Below are positions 24,445 through 37,710 of a stretch of 64,000 nucleotides of DNA, in pieces. Each line of letters opens with the position of its first letter. The stretch's first letter is position 1. Made by a program: the position numbers and the translations under genes. This DNA is from Narcine bancroftii (taxonomy: Eukaryota). A model generated the notes under the pieces. That model did no database searches. It was not told the origin of the DNA and worked only from the letters and a program-made list of their open reading frames with translations. The stretch is from assembly GCF_036971445.1 (NCBI RefSeq), contig NC_091472.1, positions 122,822,001 to 122,886,000 on the forward strand, in the 5' to 3' direction.

Positions 24445-25259
24445 CTTTTAAAATAAAAGACAGGCATTAATCAAAAGTTAATCTCATCATTCAGGATCTA
24501 TGGTTAGAATAATAAAAGGTCTTTCAACACAGCTGGTTATAGAAAGGAAAGCAGAAGGTTCTGTAAATTGCTTAATGAGAAAAAGGAGATGATTATATGG
24601 CTGAACTGAGAGCCATACAAGCCAATACAACATGGAAAATTACAGTATGGCAATCTATTTGAATGAATATGCCCAATTCAGTCAAAATGACAGCTTTTTA
24701 AAATTATTATCCTCTCCCAGCTTGCAAAATGACAATTTCATGGTAGTTATGCTTCTTCCATTCCAAACAGGTGACAAAGGTTTAAACTTTCTTTTTAGGC
24801 AGCGAGATTAGATTTTATGTCATTGATTAGCAGAAAAATAATCCTCAATTCCCCTTTACTGCTTGTCTCAAACCTGAATCTCCCAGTTATTGACCTATTA
24901 ACTGAGGAAAACAGAATGCTTTTGTTTAACCCTGACTCAGCCTTTCTTATTCTGATATAGCCTGATTAAATTGTCCATCATTTTAGCAATACAAATCAAA
25001 ATCTAAAAATTAAACACAATGCTTCTCTCTTTTCTCTTGCTCTCTGGCCTCAGAAATACTCAGCTGAAATCTATCAAGTTTCTCTCTGAAAAGTTACCAT
25101 TTTGTGCTCATCTCTCTCTTCTAGACATATGTAAAATGCCTTTTTTTCCTATAAAGAATAAAAAGGCTACTCCTAATTTAAAATTTATTTTTGTCATCCA
25201 TTTGCAAGAGGTGCATCCAGCTGCAGCTTCTGGAAGACTGCATGAAGGAAGTGGATGAA

Positions 25260-28200
25260 TTTGGGATCATTCGAGAGGCAATTAGAGAGAGGAGCTTCAG
25301 GGAGACAGTCACCCCTAAAGGGCAGGTGACAGGTAACTAGGTGTCTGTTAGGAGAGGGAAGGGGAAGAGGCAGAGCACTCCTGTGGCTGTTTCCCTCAGC
25401 AACAAGTATAGTCTTGGATACTGTTGTGGGGGGGGGGGGGGGAAGAGAAGGGGGTCAATCTACCAGGGAGAAGTCATGGTGGTTACGTCTCTGGCACAGA
25501 CTGGCCCCTTGGCTCAGAAGGGAGGGGGGAGAAGAGGAGAGCTATGGTAATTGGGGACTCATTGGTTAGGAGAGCAGATAGGAGGTCTGGTGAATGAGAT
25601 CGAGGCTTCCAGATGGCATGTTGCCTCCCAGGTGCTAGGGTCAGGGATGTCTCTAATCGAGTTTATAACATGCTGGAGGAGGGTGAGCGTCTTGATGTCG
25701 TTGGCCACGTGAGATAAATTACATATATAGGAGTAGGGATGAGGTCCTGAAGAGAGAATATAGGGAGTTAGGAAAGTTAAAAAGCGGGTGGTAATCTCGG
25801 GATTGCTACCTGTGCCATGCGCTAGAGAGGGTAGAAACAGGAAGTTGTGGCAGATGAATGAGTGGGTAAAGAGTTGGTGCAGGGGACAGGGGATGAGATT
25901 TCTGGATCATTGGGATTTCTTAAGGGGAAGGTCTGACCTGTACAAAAAGGACAGATTGCACCTAAACTGGAGAGGGATCACTATCCCTCCAGGTTTGCTG
26001 GAGCTGTTGGGGGAGGGCTTAAACTAGTTTGGTGGGGGAGGGGAGGTGGGAATCAGAATGCGAGTTCAGAGGTTAGGGTAGAAGGACAAAAGAATGATGC
26101 TAGGAGTTGGTGAGGAAGGACAGGCAGGGGTCAAAACATAGATGTTGCCAGTTAGAAAGGTTGAAATATGTCTATTTCAATGCTAGGCGTGTTAGGAATA
26201 AAGGAGTTGAACTTGGAGCATGGATCAGTACGTGGAACTACGATGTCATGGCTGGAGGAAGGGCAAGATTGGCTGATACTGGGGTTTAGGTGTTTTAAAA
26301 GGAATAGGTAGAAAAGGGGGTGGAGGGGAAAGAGTATCAGGGTTAGTATCATGGCTATAGAAAGAGGGGGACGCTGCAGAGGGAGTGTCCACTGAGTCAG
26401 TGTAGTGGAAGTCAGAAATAGGAAGAGATCCATCATTGTGCTGGGAGTGGTCTATAGCCCCCCAAATAGCTCTCGGGACACTGACGAGGAGATAAGCAGG
26501 CAGATTTTGGAATGGTGCAGGAAAAACCAGCTTGTAGTTACAGGTGATTTCAACTTCCCTAATATTGACAGGCACCTCCTGATTGCAAGAGGTATAGATG
26601 GGGCTGAATTTGTCAGGTGTATTCAAGGACACATATGTGGACTGGCCAACAAGAGGAGATGCCATACTGGATCTGGTTCTAGGTAATGAATCTGGTCAGG
26701 TGGTGGACCTCTCTGTGGGGTAGGATTTTGGTGAGTGACCACAACTCCCTTAGTTTCAGCATAGCTATGGAAAAGGATAAAAAGACAAAATGGGAAAGTG
26801 CTTAACTGGGGAAGGGCTAATTATGAAGGGATGAGGCAGGACCTACCAAGAGTAAATTGGAAACAGATGTTTAAGGGTGAAAGCACAGAAGTAATGTGGA
26901 GAAAGTTTAGGGACCACTTGTGCAGGGTTCAAGATAGGTTTGTCCCACTGGGACATGGAAAAGGTGGTAGGAAAAGGGAACCATGGCTGAAAAACAGGTC
27001 AAGCAATTAGTCGAGGAAGAAGGAAGCCTATGCTAGATATAGGAATCAGGAAAGAGGAAGGATTCATGAGAAATATATGGTAGTCAGGAAGGAGCTTAAG
27101 AAAGGACAAGAGAGCTCGAAGGGGGCATGAGAGGCCTTGGCATGTAGGATTAAGGAGAATCCCAAGGCGTTCATACCTATGTGAAGAACAGAAGGATGAG
27201 GAGAATGAACGTGGGGCCACTAAAGGAAGCAACATGTGCCTGGAGGCAGAGGAGGTTCTCATTTTTTTTGAATAATTTATTTATAATAAACACATACAGT
27301 TTTCATATATCAAAATAGTATACAAAGAAAATGATTAATACATGTTGAATTTATATATAGAGTGAATAAAGAAAACACCATCCCACCCCCCTCCCCAAAA
27401 CCCTCCTACCTATCCAAAAAAAACTAAAACTACAAAATACATATTAAAAACACCAATATACTAAAAGAATAAGAATACATATTGATTTGGGATTACTCTT
27501 GGAAACACTCAAAGATCTCTCATAAAAACATTACCACAAAAAGATAATTCATTAAGGGAAGACTTCATGAAACCAGAGAAATCAAAGGAATTATTTATAA
27601 ATTTAAACCTACTATTTGAGCATACAGGCTCCAAATCTGTAAAAAAAAATAGAATATTTACCTCTCAGATTATACGGAATACAACTTTGAATTTCTACAA
27701 GCCATCTTCCTAATGTTGTATTTCCAAGTAATGGCAATGCATTTTCTCACTATTACCAGAGCTAATTTAGCAAATTTTAATTGAGAATCTGATAAATCTA
27801 GTTTAGGAATTATATTTCTAAAATTACCCAACAAAAATAATTCAGGATTTAACAGAAAAACACCAGTTACTTGTTGCAAAAAGTTACTAATAGAAATCCA
27901 AAATGGTTTAACTTTTGTACAAGACCAAGTTGAATGTAAAAATGTTCCAATCTTATTATTACACCTGAAACACTGATCTGAAATATATGATTTCCATTTA
28001 TTCAATTTTTGAGGTGCAAAATATAGTTGATGTAAAAAAATTATATTGAAACAACCTATAACTTATTTATTGCATTAATTATATCTTTACACAAATTTTG
28101 CCATGTCTGTTGATCTATCAATGGGGAGGTCCTAAATTAATACTTTGCCTCAGTATTCACAAGAGAAAAGGACCTTGATCACGGTGAGGTTGAAATTGAA

Positions 28201-29495
28201 CAGGCCTGTGTGCTGGACAATGTGGAGATTAAGGAAGAGGAAGTGTTGGATCTTCTTAAAAACTTCAATATTAATGTCCCCAGGGCTAGTTATGATATAC
28301 CCCAGGTTGCTGTGAGAAGTGAGAATCCTCTTTGGGTACAAGAGGTGCCAGAGAATTGGAGAATGGCAATGTAGTCCACTTGTTTAAAAAAGATAATAGG
28401 GAGAATCCTGGGAATTATAGACTGGGAGTGTTACATCAGTGATGTACAAACTATTGGAGAGGATCTATGATCATTTGGAGAAGTATAGTCTACTCAAGGA
28501 TAGTCAGCATGGCTTTATGAAGGGAAGATTATGCCTCACTAGCCTAATTGAGATTTTTGAGGAGGTAACAGAAGAAATTGATGAGGGCAAGGTGGTAGAT
28601 GTGGTCTACATGGATTTTAGCAAGGCATTTGACAAGGTCCCCCACAAGAGACTTATTCAGAAAGTCATGAGGGATGCAGTTGGGCAGAAAAATGGCAGAT
28701 GGAGTTCAATCCAGATAAATGTGAGGTAAAGCATTTTGGAAAAACAAACCAGAAAGCTGAGTACAGGGTTAACCGTCGGTTACTTAAGAATGTGGATAAA
28801 CAGAGGGACCTTGGTATTCAAATCCATACATCCCTCAAGGTCACTGCACAGGTTGACTGGATGGTTAAGAAGGCCTATAGGATGCTGAGATTCATTAATA
28901 GGGGGATTGAGTTCAGGAGTAGATAGGTCATGTTGCATCTCTACAAATTTCTGGTAAGACTACATTTGGAATATTGTGTTCAGTTCTGGTCACCTCATTA
29001 TAGGAAAGATGTGGAAGCTATGGAGAGGGTGCAGAGGAGATGTACAAGGATGTTGCATGGATTGGAAAACAAGTCTTATGAGGCAAGGTTAGCAGAGTTG
29101 GGACTTTTCTATTTGGAGTATAGGAGGATGAGAGGTCTACAATATTATGAGAAGCATAGATAGGGTGGACAGCCAGTTCCTGTATCCCAAGGCAGAAACA
29201 GCAAACACCAAGGACATGTGTACAAAGGGAGGGAAGTCTAGGGGAGACATCAGAGATTTTTGTTTTAAAAACAGAGAGTTGTGGGTGCCTGGAATGCCTT
29301 GCCTGGGATGGTGGTGGAAGCTGAAACAATAGGGGCATTTACGAGATGCTTAGACAGGCACATGGATGAAAGAAAAATAGAGGCTTACAGGGTAGGGAGG
29401 GTTTAGTACTTTTTAAAAAAAAAGAATATATGGATTGGCACAACATCAAGCGCTGAAGGGCCTGTACTATGCTGTAGTATTCTATGTTCTATATG
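25260..29495 (+). mobile_element. Long degenerate CR1 LINE (ORF1 SGNH-esterase, endonuclease, RT)
   Basis: VIGDS, CCLPGA and DRLHLN esterase motifs; YFNAR and GDFNFPNI endonuclease motifs; SQHGF and YMDFSKAFDKV RT motifs; RT deletion near 28672; interrupted by L1 at 27263-28120. Confidence 0.9.
27263..28120 (-). mobile_element. L1-clade 3' fragment nested in CR1
   Basis: CFRC...GTFLHSTWSC..V..FW cysteine-rich ORF2 end and a poly(A) tail. Confidence 0.85.
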
Positions 29496-29638
29496 TTCAC
29501 CCATCACTCAAGGCTCTAGACTTCCTAGCAGTTTCAGAAGTACAAGCTAACACCACATGCTCCTCATCTTGGACCACTCAGGCATGGATTTCCATAGAAA
29601 ACAGGCTGGGAGTCAGAGTGATCACATTCAACCTACAC

Positions 29639-30805
29639 CAGGGGTGTCAAACTCAAATTCACGGAGGGCCAAAATTAAAAACTTGGACTAAGTCGAGGGC
29701 CGAACTAAATATTTATTGAAAATTTTCAACAACATCTGCATGTTTTCTCTTCTTTCAACATATGTAATGTTAAACTTTAGGATATAACTTTAGGAGGGTA
29801 ATGTTACAGGTCAGGAGTAGGTAGCTCAAGTTCACCCTTTGCTTAACCTGAGGGAAACATATTTGGTCTCTGTGGAGATGTAGTCAGCATTCACAGGCTG
29901 TGTCCATTTTGGCCTGCATGAGGACTCAGCATTTCCTGCTCACTCCTCAGGCTCTAGGCCTCTATTCACCCTCGACCCACCATCCCTCTACCTGACCAGT
30001 CCTTTACCCAACCTCTACTCACCCCTCACTCCACTCGCTCTGCTTCTTCCCACCCCATCCTATACACGCCCCTCTACTGCCTCTCCCCTCAACCTGTTCC
30101 TCCCTCTACCCGTCTCTCACCCTCTAATCACCCTCCCCTACTCGCCCTGCCCCTCCCCTTTTACCTCTTCCCTATCCACCCCTCCTTCTACTCATCCCTC
30201 CCTCTAACTGCCCCTCGCACCACCATAACTTCCCCTGTCCATTACTCCTCACCTACACACTCTGCCCACCCCTGCTTACCCACCCACTCAGGCCCAGCGC
30301 GCTGCCGATCAGCCTTTGCGGACAGCCACCATCTCTCTCTTCACGTGCAGGGCCGAACCAGCCGTCCCTGGGGTCCGCGCAGGTGCAAGCGCTGAAGGCC
30401 GTGGCGACCGGGAGAAGTGCGCTCGTGCTGTGGAAGGGCCGTCCGGTGCCAGTCGCGCAGGGCTCGTGCTGCCCGGGGGCCGTGCGCAGCCTGACATGCC
30501 CGTCGCGCCGACAGGAAATCACAGGCGCTCGCCCATCCGCCGCCCTGCTCGACAGGTGGGAGAAGTGACTGGTTGTGCGGGGAGCCTTCCAACTGGCTTG
30601 CCGGCTGATGACATCGACAGACTTCTCGTGTTACAATTTCTCGTGTTACAATGGGGAAGGATGTGCAATGAAGGGGGAGGATGGTAGGGGTGACATTACC
30701 AAAAAACAGCATCGGCTCTCGCTGCAGGGCGGGCCACCTCTAATACATTTTTGAAATTATATTGCGGGCCAAATTTGGCCTGCGGGCCAGAGTTTGACAT
30801 GTGTG
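29639..30805. mobile_element. Non-autonomous hAT DNA transposon, copy 2 (1167 bp)
   Basis: Same termini as 17261-18191; perfect 8-bp TSD ACCTACAC (29631-29638 and 30806-30813). Confidence 0.9.
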
Positions 30806-31230
30806 ACCTACACCATACAGACCACAAAGGGATTATTCCAGGCCAATAAAATTTTACTTGAAATCTATTTAAAGGAAATGTTTGTTTTCACACATTCTAT
30901 TCACCAGTGCTGTTGGCGAGAACTTCCATGATAATTATTATTTCAGGAACAGATAGCTCTGTTCAAGAGCAACAATTGTTAATATGCTTATTAAATACTT
31001 AATTATGAAAATTAATTCCATCCAGTAAAATTTTGGCTCCTTAAGGGAAAGGTTGGATGGAAAGATCAAATCTTTCCCTCAGTTAATCCCTTCTGAAATT
31101 GTGATGTTTGAAACCAATCAATCTTGTTGCAGATTCCAAAAAGAATCACTTGCATCTTTCCTGGAAACAAATGCAGATTACACCACAACTTTAAATGAAA
31201 GTACACAATGGGACAACAAGGTTACATTTA

Positions 31231-32806
31231 CAGTGCCCTCCATAATGTTTGGGACACAACTCCCTTTTTCCTTTATTTTCCTCTGTGCTCCAGTTTTAAA
31301 TTTGTAATCATACAATTCACATGTAATTAAAGTGCACATTCCTGATTTTATTCAAGGTTATTTGTATATATTTTGGTTTGACATGTAGAAATTACAGCAC
31401 TTTTTATACTTAATTCCCCCCATTTCAGGGCACCATAATGCTTGGGACATTTGGCTTCACGGGTGTTTGTGAGTACTCAGGTATGTTTATTTGCTTCATT
31501 GGTGCAGGTATAAGAGAGCTAGGGTTGCCTCTAAACTTTTCATCATCTTTGAAGTCTATAGTTGTCATTTTTCAACACGAGGACCAGTTATGCCAATAAA
31601 AGTCAAATAAGCCACTATGAGACAAAGAAACACTAAGACACATCGGCCAAACCTTAGTATTACCAAAATCAACAGTTTTGACTGTCATTAAGAAGAAAGG
31701 GCACACTGGTGATCTCAGTAACAGCAAAGGGACTTGTATTCCAAGGAAGACCTCCACAGCTGATGACAGAAGAATTCACATCGTAATGAAGAAAAATCCC
31801 CAAACATATGTCTGACAGATCAGAAACACTCTTAACAATCTCCAGGAGGCAGGTGTGGATCTGTCACTGACTACTGTCTGCAGAAGACTTTATGAACAGA
31901 AATACAGAAGCTACACTGCAAGATGGAAACCACCAGTTAGCCACAGAAAGGATGGCTGGATTACAAATTTGTCAAAAAGTATTTAAAAGAGCCTGCCAAA
32001 TTCTAGAAAAAGGTTGTGTGCACAGATGAGACCAGAATCAACCCAATTCAGAGCAATGGCAAGAACAAAATGTGAAGGCGTAAAGGAAATCACCAAGATC
32101 GAAAGCATACCACCTTTGCCATGGTTTGGATCTTGCTGTGTAGCCTCTGTATATCTGCTCATGAAGTCTAATGCGGACAGTATTTATTGACATATCTACA
32201 TCTGCCTCCTGAAGAATATTTCTGATCAGTCAGACATACGATTGGGGATTTTTCTTCAATGATGAGAATTCTTTTGTCTCAGCAGTGGAAGTCTTCCTTG
32301 GAATACCAGCCCCTTTGCGATTACTGAGATCACCAGTACGGTCTTTCTTCTTAATGATGTTCCAAACTGTTGATTTTGGTAATCCCAAGGTTTGGGTAGT
32401 CTCTTACTGGTTTATTCTTGTTTTTCAGCCTCATAATGGCTTCTTTGACTTTCATTGGCACATTTCAGGTTCTCCTGTTGAAAAATGGCAATCACAGACT
32501 CCAAAGGTCATCAAAAGCTTAGAAGCAAAGTTAGCTCTCTTGCACCAATGAAGCAATTACACATACCTGAGTAATCACAAACCCCTGTGAAGACAAATGT
32601 CCCAAACATTATGGTGCCCTGAAATGGGGGAACTATGTATAAAAAGTGCTGTAATTTCTGCATGGTCAAAATAAAATGTAATCAAATAACCTTAAATAAA
32701 ATCTAGAATGTGCACTTTAATCACATTGTTTGATTCCAATATAAACTGTGAAGGACAGAGACAAATAAAGAAAAAAGTCTTTTCCCAAACATTATGGAAG
32801 GCACTG
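31231..32806. mobile_element. Tc1-family fold-back derivative
   Basis: TA|CAGTGCCCTCCATAATGTTTGGGA...TCCCAAACATTATGGAAGGCACTG|TA; inner repeat of the terminal motif; decayed transposase 5' half with a TDET motif near 32025; arms of about 700 bp are inverted copies. Confidence 0.9.
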
Positions 32807-32956
32807 TATAAACAAAACTGGTTTATGAAATGACATCCAAGAGTTTTGTGAAATATGTCAGAATTTGATTCATACATAAGATACAGAATTTTTTAAAGTA
32901 CAAATTTGATGTTCTTCTGGCAGATTTCTCACGTGAATCTTAGATTTGATGCAATA

Positions 32957-35900
32957 CAGTAAAATCCCCATCATCTGGAATTAAATCAACTGGAAACTCA
33001 AATAACCAGCAAAAAAAAGAAAAAAAAACCGAGGAAATGAATAATAAGAAAGTAAAATAAACAAGACTGGGTGGTGGGACCCTGTGGGGGGAGCACAGAC
33101 CTCGTTGGATATGCACAGATTTGCCCAGCAATACCCCTGAATTCACACCCATTCTTTTCACTATTGTTACTTGCATGGAGGGGGGTTGGGTTTGCGTGAG
33201 GAAGGTGTGCCAAGGGCCTGTCAGGGACATTTGTGTGGAGACGAGTCAGACTGTTAGCGCAAGGAAGGTGCATCAAGGGTCTGACCGGGACATTTGCGTG
33301 GAGGAGTCAAATTACCTGCGTGAACATGGGTGGAAACATTCAGCCAGTGGAGCGCCCCGGTTGCGTCCCAGCTGCAGCAATAAAGTTGTGTTAGATTAAA
33401 ATGGCGGGGGTCAGGATGAAGAGCAGGTTGATGCAACTCGCTGTTGGGATGACTGTTCCAAATTGTCTCAAGTCAAATCAACTTTATTCATCGTTCATAC
33501 CATGCTCGCATGGTGGGACAAGATAGTGTTTCTCCAGGACCACAGAGCATATTTACATAGATAACTTATTTCCACAAGTTAGAAAAACAGTTAACACATT
33601 AAAATATTAAGGTACTAAGATGTATAGACTGAAAGTCCACAGTATACTATCCACCTCTATACTGGGAGTTCAGAAGCACAATGGCTTGGGGGATGGGAAA
33701 AAACTGTTTCCCACTCTGGACGCAAGTGCCCGAGTGCTACAGGACCTCCTGCCAGATGGCAGAAGAGAGAACAGTTTACATTCAGGATGTGTGGAGTCTT
33801 TCACAATGTTTACTGCTTTCTCCCTGCATCGAGTGTAGTCGGTGTCCTTCATGCTAGGAAGAGGTTCTCCAATAGACCTTTCTGCTGACTTCACTATCCT
33901 CTGCAGGGTCTTGCAGTCCGAGGTGATGTAGCTTCCCAACCAAGTGGTGATACAGTTGCACAGGATGGTCTTAATACATCCTATGTGGAATGAAGTGAGG
34001 ATGGAGGGAGAGAGATGGACTTATCCCAGGAAGTAGAGGTGCTCCTTGGCTTTCTTGGCTCTGGAGTTGGTGTTAAGGGAGCAGGAGAGATTTTCTGACA
34101 GGTGCACTCTGAGGAACTTGATACTCTTGACGACCTCAACGGTAGTGCCATCAATGGTCAGGGGATCGTGATCACGCTGGGCCCTCCTGAAGTCGACAAC
34201 CATCTCTTTTGTTTTATTACGTTCAGATACAGGTTGTTAGCTCTACACCAGTTTGTTAGTGTCTGCACTTCATCTCTGCATGCTGCTTCCTTATTCTTGT
34301 TGATAAGGCCCATCACTGTTGTGATGTCAGCAAACTTGATGATGTGGTTCGAGCTGTATTTGGCTGTACAGTCACGGGTCACAGCATTGGACTGGGCATG
34401 CAGCCCTGGGGGGCCTCCGCGCTCAGTGTGATGATCTGGGTGCTATTTCCGATCAGGACCATCTAAGGTCAGGAAGTTGAGAATCTAATTGCAGAGTTTA
34501 GATCCAGCAGGCCCAACTTCCTTATCAGGTACTGAAGTACGAGCATATTAAATGCCGAATTGAAGTCAATAAATAGCATTCGAACACATGAGTCCTTTTT
34601 TCCACATGGCTGAGGGCTAGATGTAGGGCAGCAGCAATAGCATCATCCGTGCAGCAGTTGGATCTATGTACGAACTGCAGGGGGTCAGCAGGTATTTGAT
34701 GTGCCCCATGACGAGCCTCTCAAAGCACTTCATGACGATGGATGTGAGTGTTATAGGGCAGTGATCGTTGAGGCAGGACACAGACAACTTCTTTGGTACA
34801 GGGATAATGGTGGCGGCTTTGAAGCACATTGGGACCACAGCACTTCTCAGGTAGACATTAAAGATGTCAGTGAGAACATCTGCTAGCAGAGCAGCACAAC
34901 CCCTGAGCACTCTGCTGAGAATGTTATCTGGTCCAGCAGCTTTCCTTAGGTTGACTTTGTCTAGTTCTCTCTTAACATCAACCACTGTAAGACACAGCAC
35001 CTGATCATTTGGAGGAGGGGTGGTCTTCTCCACTGCCATATCATTTTTCACCTCAAACCGCGCGTCGAAGTTGTTCAGTTCATCTGGGAGGGAGGCATCA
35101 CCAGCACATGCAGATGTAGTAGTCTTGTGGTTAGTGATATCTTGGATCCACTTCCGTGTGCATCATGTGTCCTTGCTGTCCAGAAAGTGAGTATGAATGT
35201 GCTGAGCCTGCATATGCTTACCCTCCCTGATGGCCTTAGACAGCTTGGCTCTTGCAATCCCTAGGGCTCCCTCGTCGCCCACTCTGAAGGCCACGTCTCG
35301 GTTCCTGAGCAGCACCCACATTTCTGTAGTCATCCATGGCTTCTGTTTAGAGTGAATAGTGATGGACTTGGGCACAGTGACATCATCGGTACACTTACTA
35401 ATTTGGCTGGCCACTGTTGCTGTATGCTCGTCCAGATTTATGCAATCACCAACTGTTGCTGCTTCCTTGAACATGTGCCAGCCAGTGAGCTCAAAGCAGT
35501 CTTGAAGTGCATGAATGGCCCCCCGCTGGCCAGGTTTTAACTTGCTTTAGGACTGGAGGGGGTCAGCAAGTGATTGATGTACTCCATGACAAGGAGGGGG
35601 GAACTAGTGGAGTTGTTCAAGTGAACCACCGTGGACTCGAAGGGCCGATATGCCCTGTTTCCGCGCTGTACACTGTTAAAATGGTCTAGCATCTATCAAG
35701 CGGTCTGTATGCTGGGATTAGTATTACAGAGATGTGGTCTGAGTATCTGAGGTGGGGTCAGGGCTCCATTCGATATGCATTGAAGATGTTCATATAAATG
35801 AGGTCCAACCTGTTTGCCTTCTCATAGCAAAGTCATCATACTGGTGGAATCTGAGTAGCCCTGACTGGAGGTTTGCCGGTTGAAATTCCCAGCGATGATG

Positions 35901-37015
35901 ATCAGTCCATCAGGGTATGTGGTCTACAGTTCGTTTATCGCCTCATACAATTCCCAGATCGCTTGGGTGGTGGGGTAGGGTGGGGATGTACACAACTGCT
36001 ATGAGGACTGTGGTGAATTCCCGTGGTAGATAAAATGGTCTGCACCTGACAGTCACAAATACCACCAGCGTTGAGCAGTGACTGGAGACTCGTACCAAAT
36101 CCTTACACCATTGCATGTTGATGTAAATGAACAGGCCACCACCACAGGCTTTTCCACTCTGAGCAGCATCTCTGCCAGCCCAAAATAAGGTGAGCCCATC
36201 GAGATGAACCATGTCACTGAGCCATGTTTCAAGTAGTCCTTGTACTCCCACTGCTCCGACTTCTGGAGTCAGATGTTGTCAATTTTATTCACCAGGGACC
36301 AGGCGTTGGTGATCAGGATTGATGGGAGAGCCAGGCAGCAAGGGTTTGTTCACAGCCTAGCACAGACCGCTGCTCGCTTACTGCGCTTTCTCCACCTCAC
36401 GCACCATTTCCTTCTCCTCTGCAATCCCACAGCAGCCTATGGTCGTGTAGCACAGCCCGGAGGTGAGTTGCTGCATTTCTAACTAACTTTAAGTTTTTTT
36501 TAAACTGTAGCAACAGGTAGTCATGACTTAATAAACTTAAAATTATATAACTCTACAACACTTTAACTGAACTATTTAACTGTCATTAAAAAAAAAGTAA
36601 AACTACTGGTGTCCTGGAGAGGCCGCTGCATCCGACGTTGTGCCACCTCAACTGTCTCCCTATCCCTCTTTATTTTTATTTGTATTAAGAATATTAGTAA
36701 GGCTTTATCTGTAAAGTTAGGAGAGGGGGTTAATTATGACAGCGGCACAGTTAATACAATGCTATTACAGCACGAGCAACCAGGGTTCGAATTCAAATTT
36801 AGTAAGTTAAAGGAATAATTTGATTAACGTGAACTTTACATAATTAATGACTAAAATACTTTTTAAAATTACTTTACATTTTGCAGTCTTTTAAAAGGTG
36901 TATTCTTAATGAAGATGTATTAGTTAGGTATTGTAAGTGTGTCTTAGTCAACTGGAAAATATGAATTTCCAGCATCCACAAACCCTGTAGGTGCCAGATA
37001 CTGGGGATTTTACTG
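32957..37015. mobile_element. TcMar/Tigger-like MITE split by a Rex1 LINE
   Basis: TA|CAGTAAAATCCCCA at 32957 and TGGGGATTTTACTG|TA ending at 37015. Confidence 0.75.
33470..36649 (-). mobile_element. Near full-length degenerate Rex1/Babar-clade LINE
   Basis: Endonuclease ETWL..GGGL.IYIN..WC..CRPFYLPREFT; [26 protein letters not shown]; C-terminal LQRIVKSAER..DSTHP; probable TSD AA(T/C)TGTCTC at 33461 and 36650. Confidence 0.88.
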
Positions 37016-37154
37016 TATTCTAAAAAGGTACACAAATTACAGAATCAGAGCTTATGCAAAATAGTTCAATACTTTAAAAAAAAACAGGTCTTCATTTTCA
37101 ACATGGTGCCTAAATACTACAAAAACGGAGACTTGAAAATCATAATTCCACTAC

Positions 37155-37264
37155 CTTGTTAAGTCTTTGACCAGACTCTGCAGTTGAGAGAGAAGGAAGT
37201 AGTGCTGTTCCTGCTGTTTAGCAAGATCTGCTGAATCTTCATATATCCCTGTGCTTTTGTTCAT
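37155..37264 (-). CDS. DGCR6: DGCR6 coding exon 1
   Basis: Not in the ORF track. MNKSTGIYEDSADLAKQQEQHYFLLSQLQSLVKDLT resembles human [20 protein letters not shown]; in-frame upstream stop; donor GTAGTG; 110 nt. Exon acceptor TTTCCCTTTCAG ends at 37316. Confidence 0.93.
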
Positions 37265-37497
37265 ATTTGATTGGATGTTTCATAATACTCACTGCTTTCA
37301 AAATGAAGCCATTCCCTGAAAGGGAAATCCAGTAAGTTTAAAAGTTCACTAACAATGTAACTAGCGCACAGGACATCATCTTCAGTGATCACTGTTGACC
37401 AGATTAACTGATTAACAATGACCACCTCCATTAAAAATGCAGTCTTAAATATATAACAAAAATGAGGTGTACTTTTTGGCTCTTAATAGAATCTTAC

Positions 37498-37710
37498 CTG
37501 CCTTCAGAGCTTTAAGTCAGTGTAATGGAATAATGCATCCACCTGCAAGCAGGAGCAGCAATATCCCAGCATTCCACAGTCAGTAGACTGATGTGGCAGT
37601 TTGTTAAGTGATAGTGAAAACTCATTAAAATTATTTTTGTCATTACTTTGCTGGCTTTGGGCCACCCCTTCCAAGGTGAGCTGTAGCAGAAGTATTAAGG
37701 GAAAGAGCAC
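37498..37710 (-). other. Possible additional DGCR6 5' UTR exon
   Basis: CCTTTAG acceptor ending at 37711 and a strong CAG|GTAAGA donor at 37498/37497, about 180 nt upstream of the start-codon exon. Confidence 0.35.

Noticed and set aside
37504-37710. ORF resembling a signal-peptide protein (MLFPLILLLQL...)
   Set aside because: The start is a GTG at a splice acceptor, not an ATG; at most a UTR exon with uORFs.
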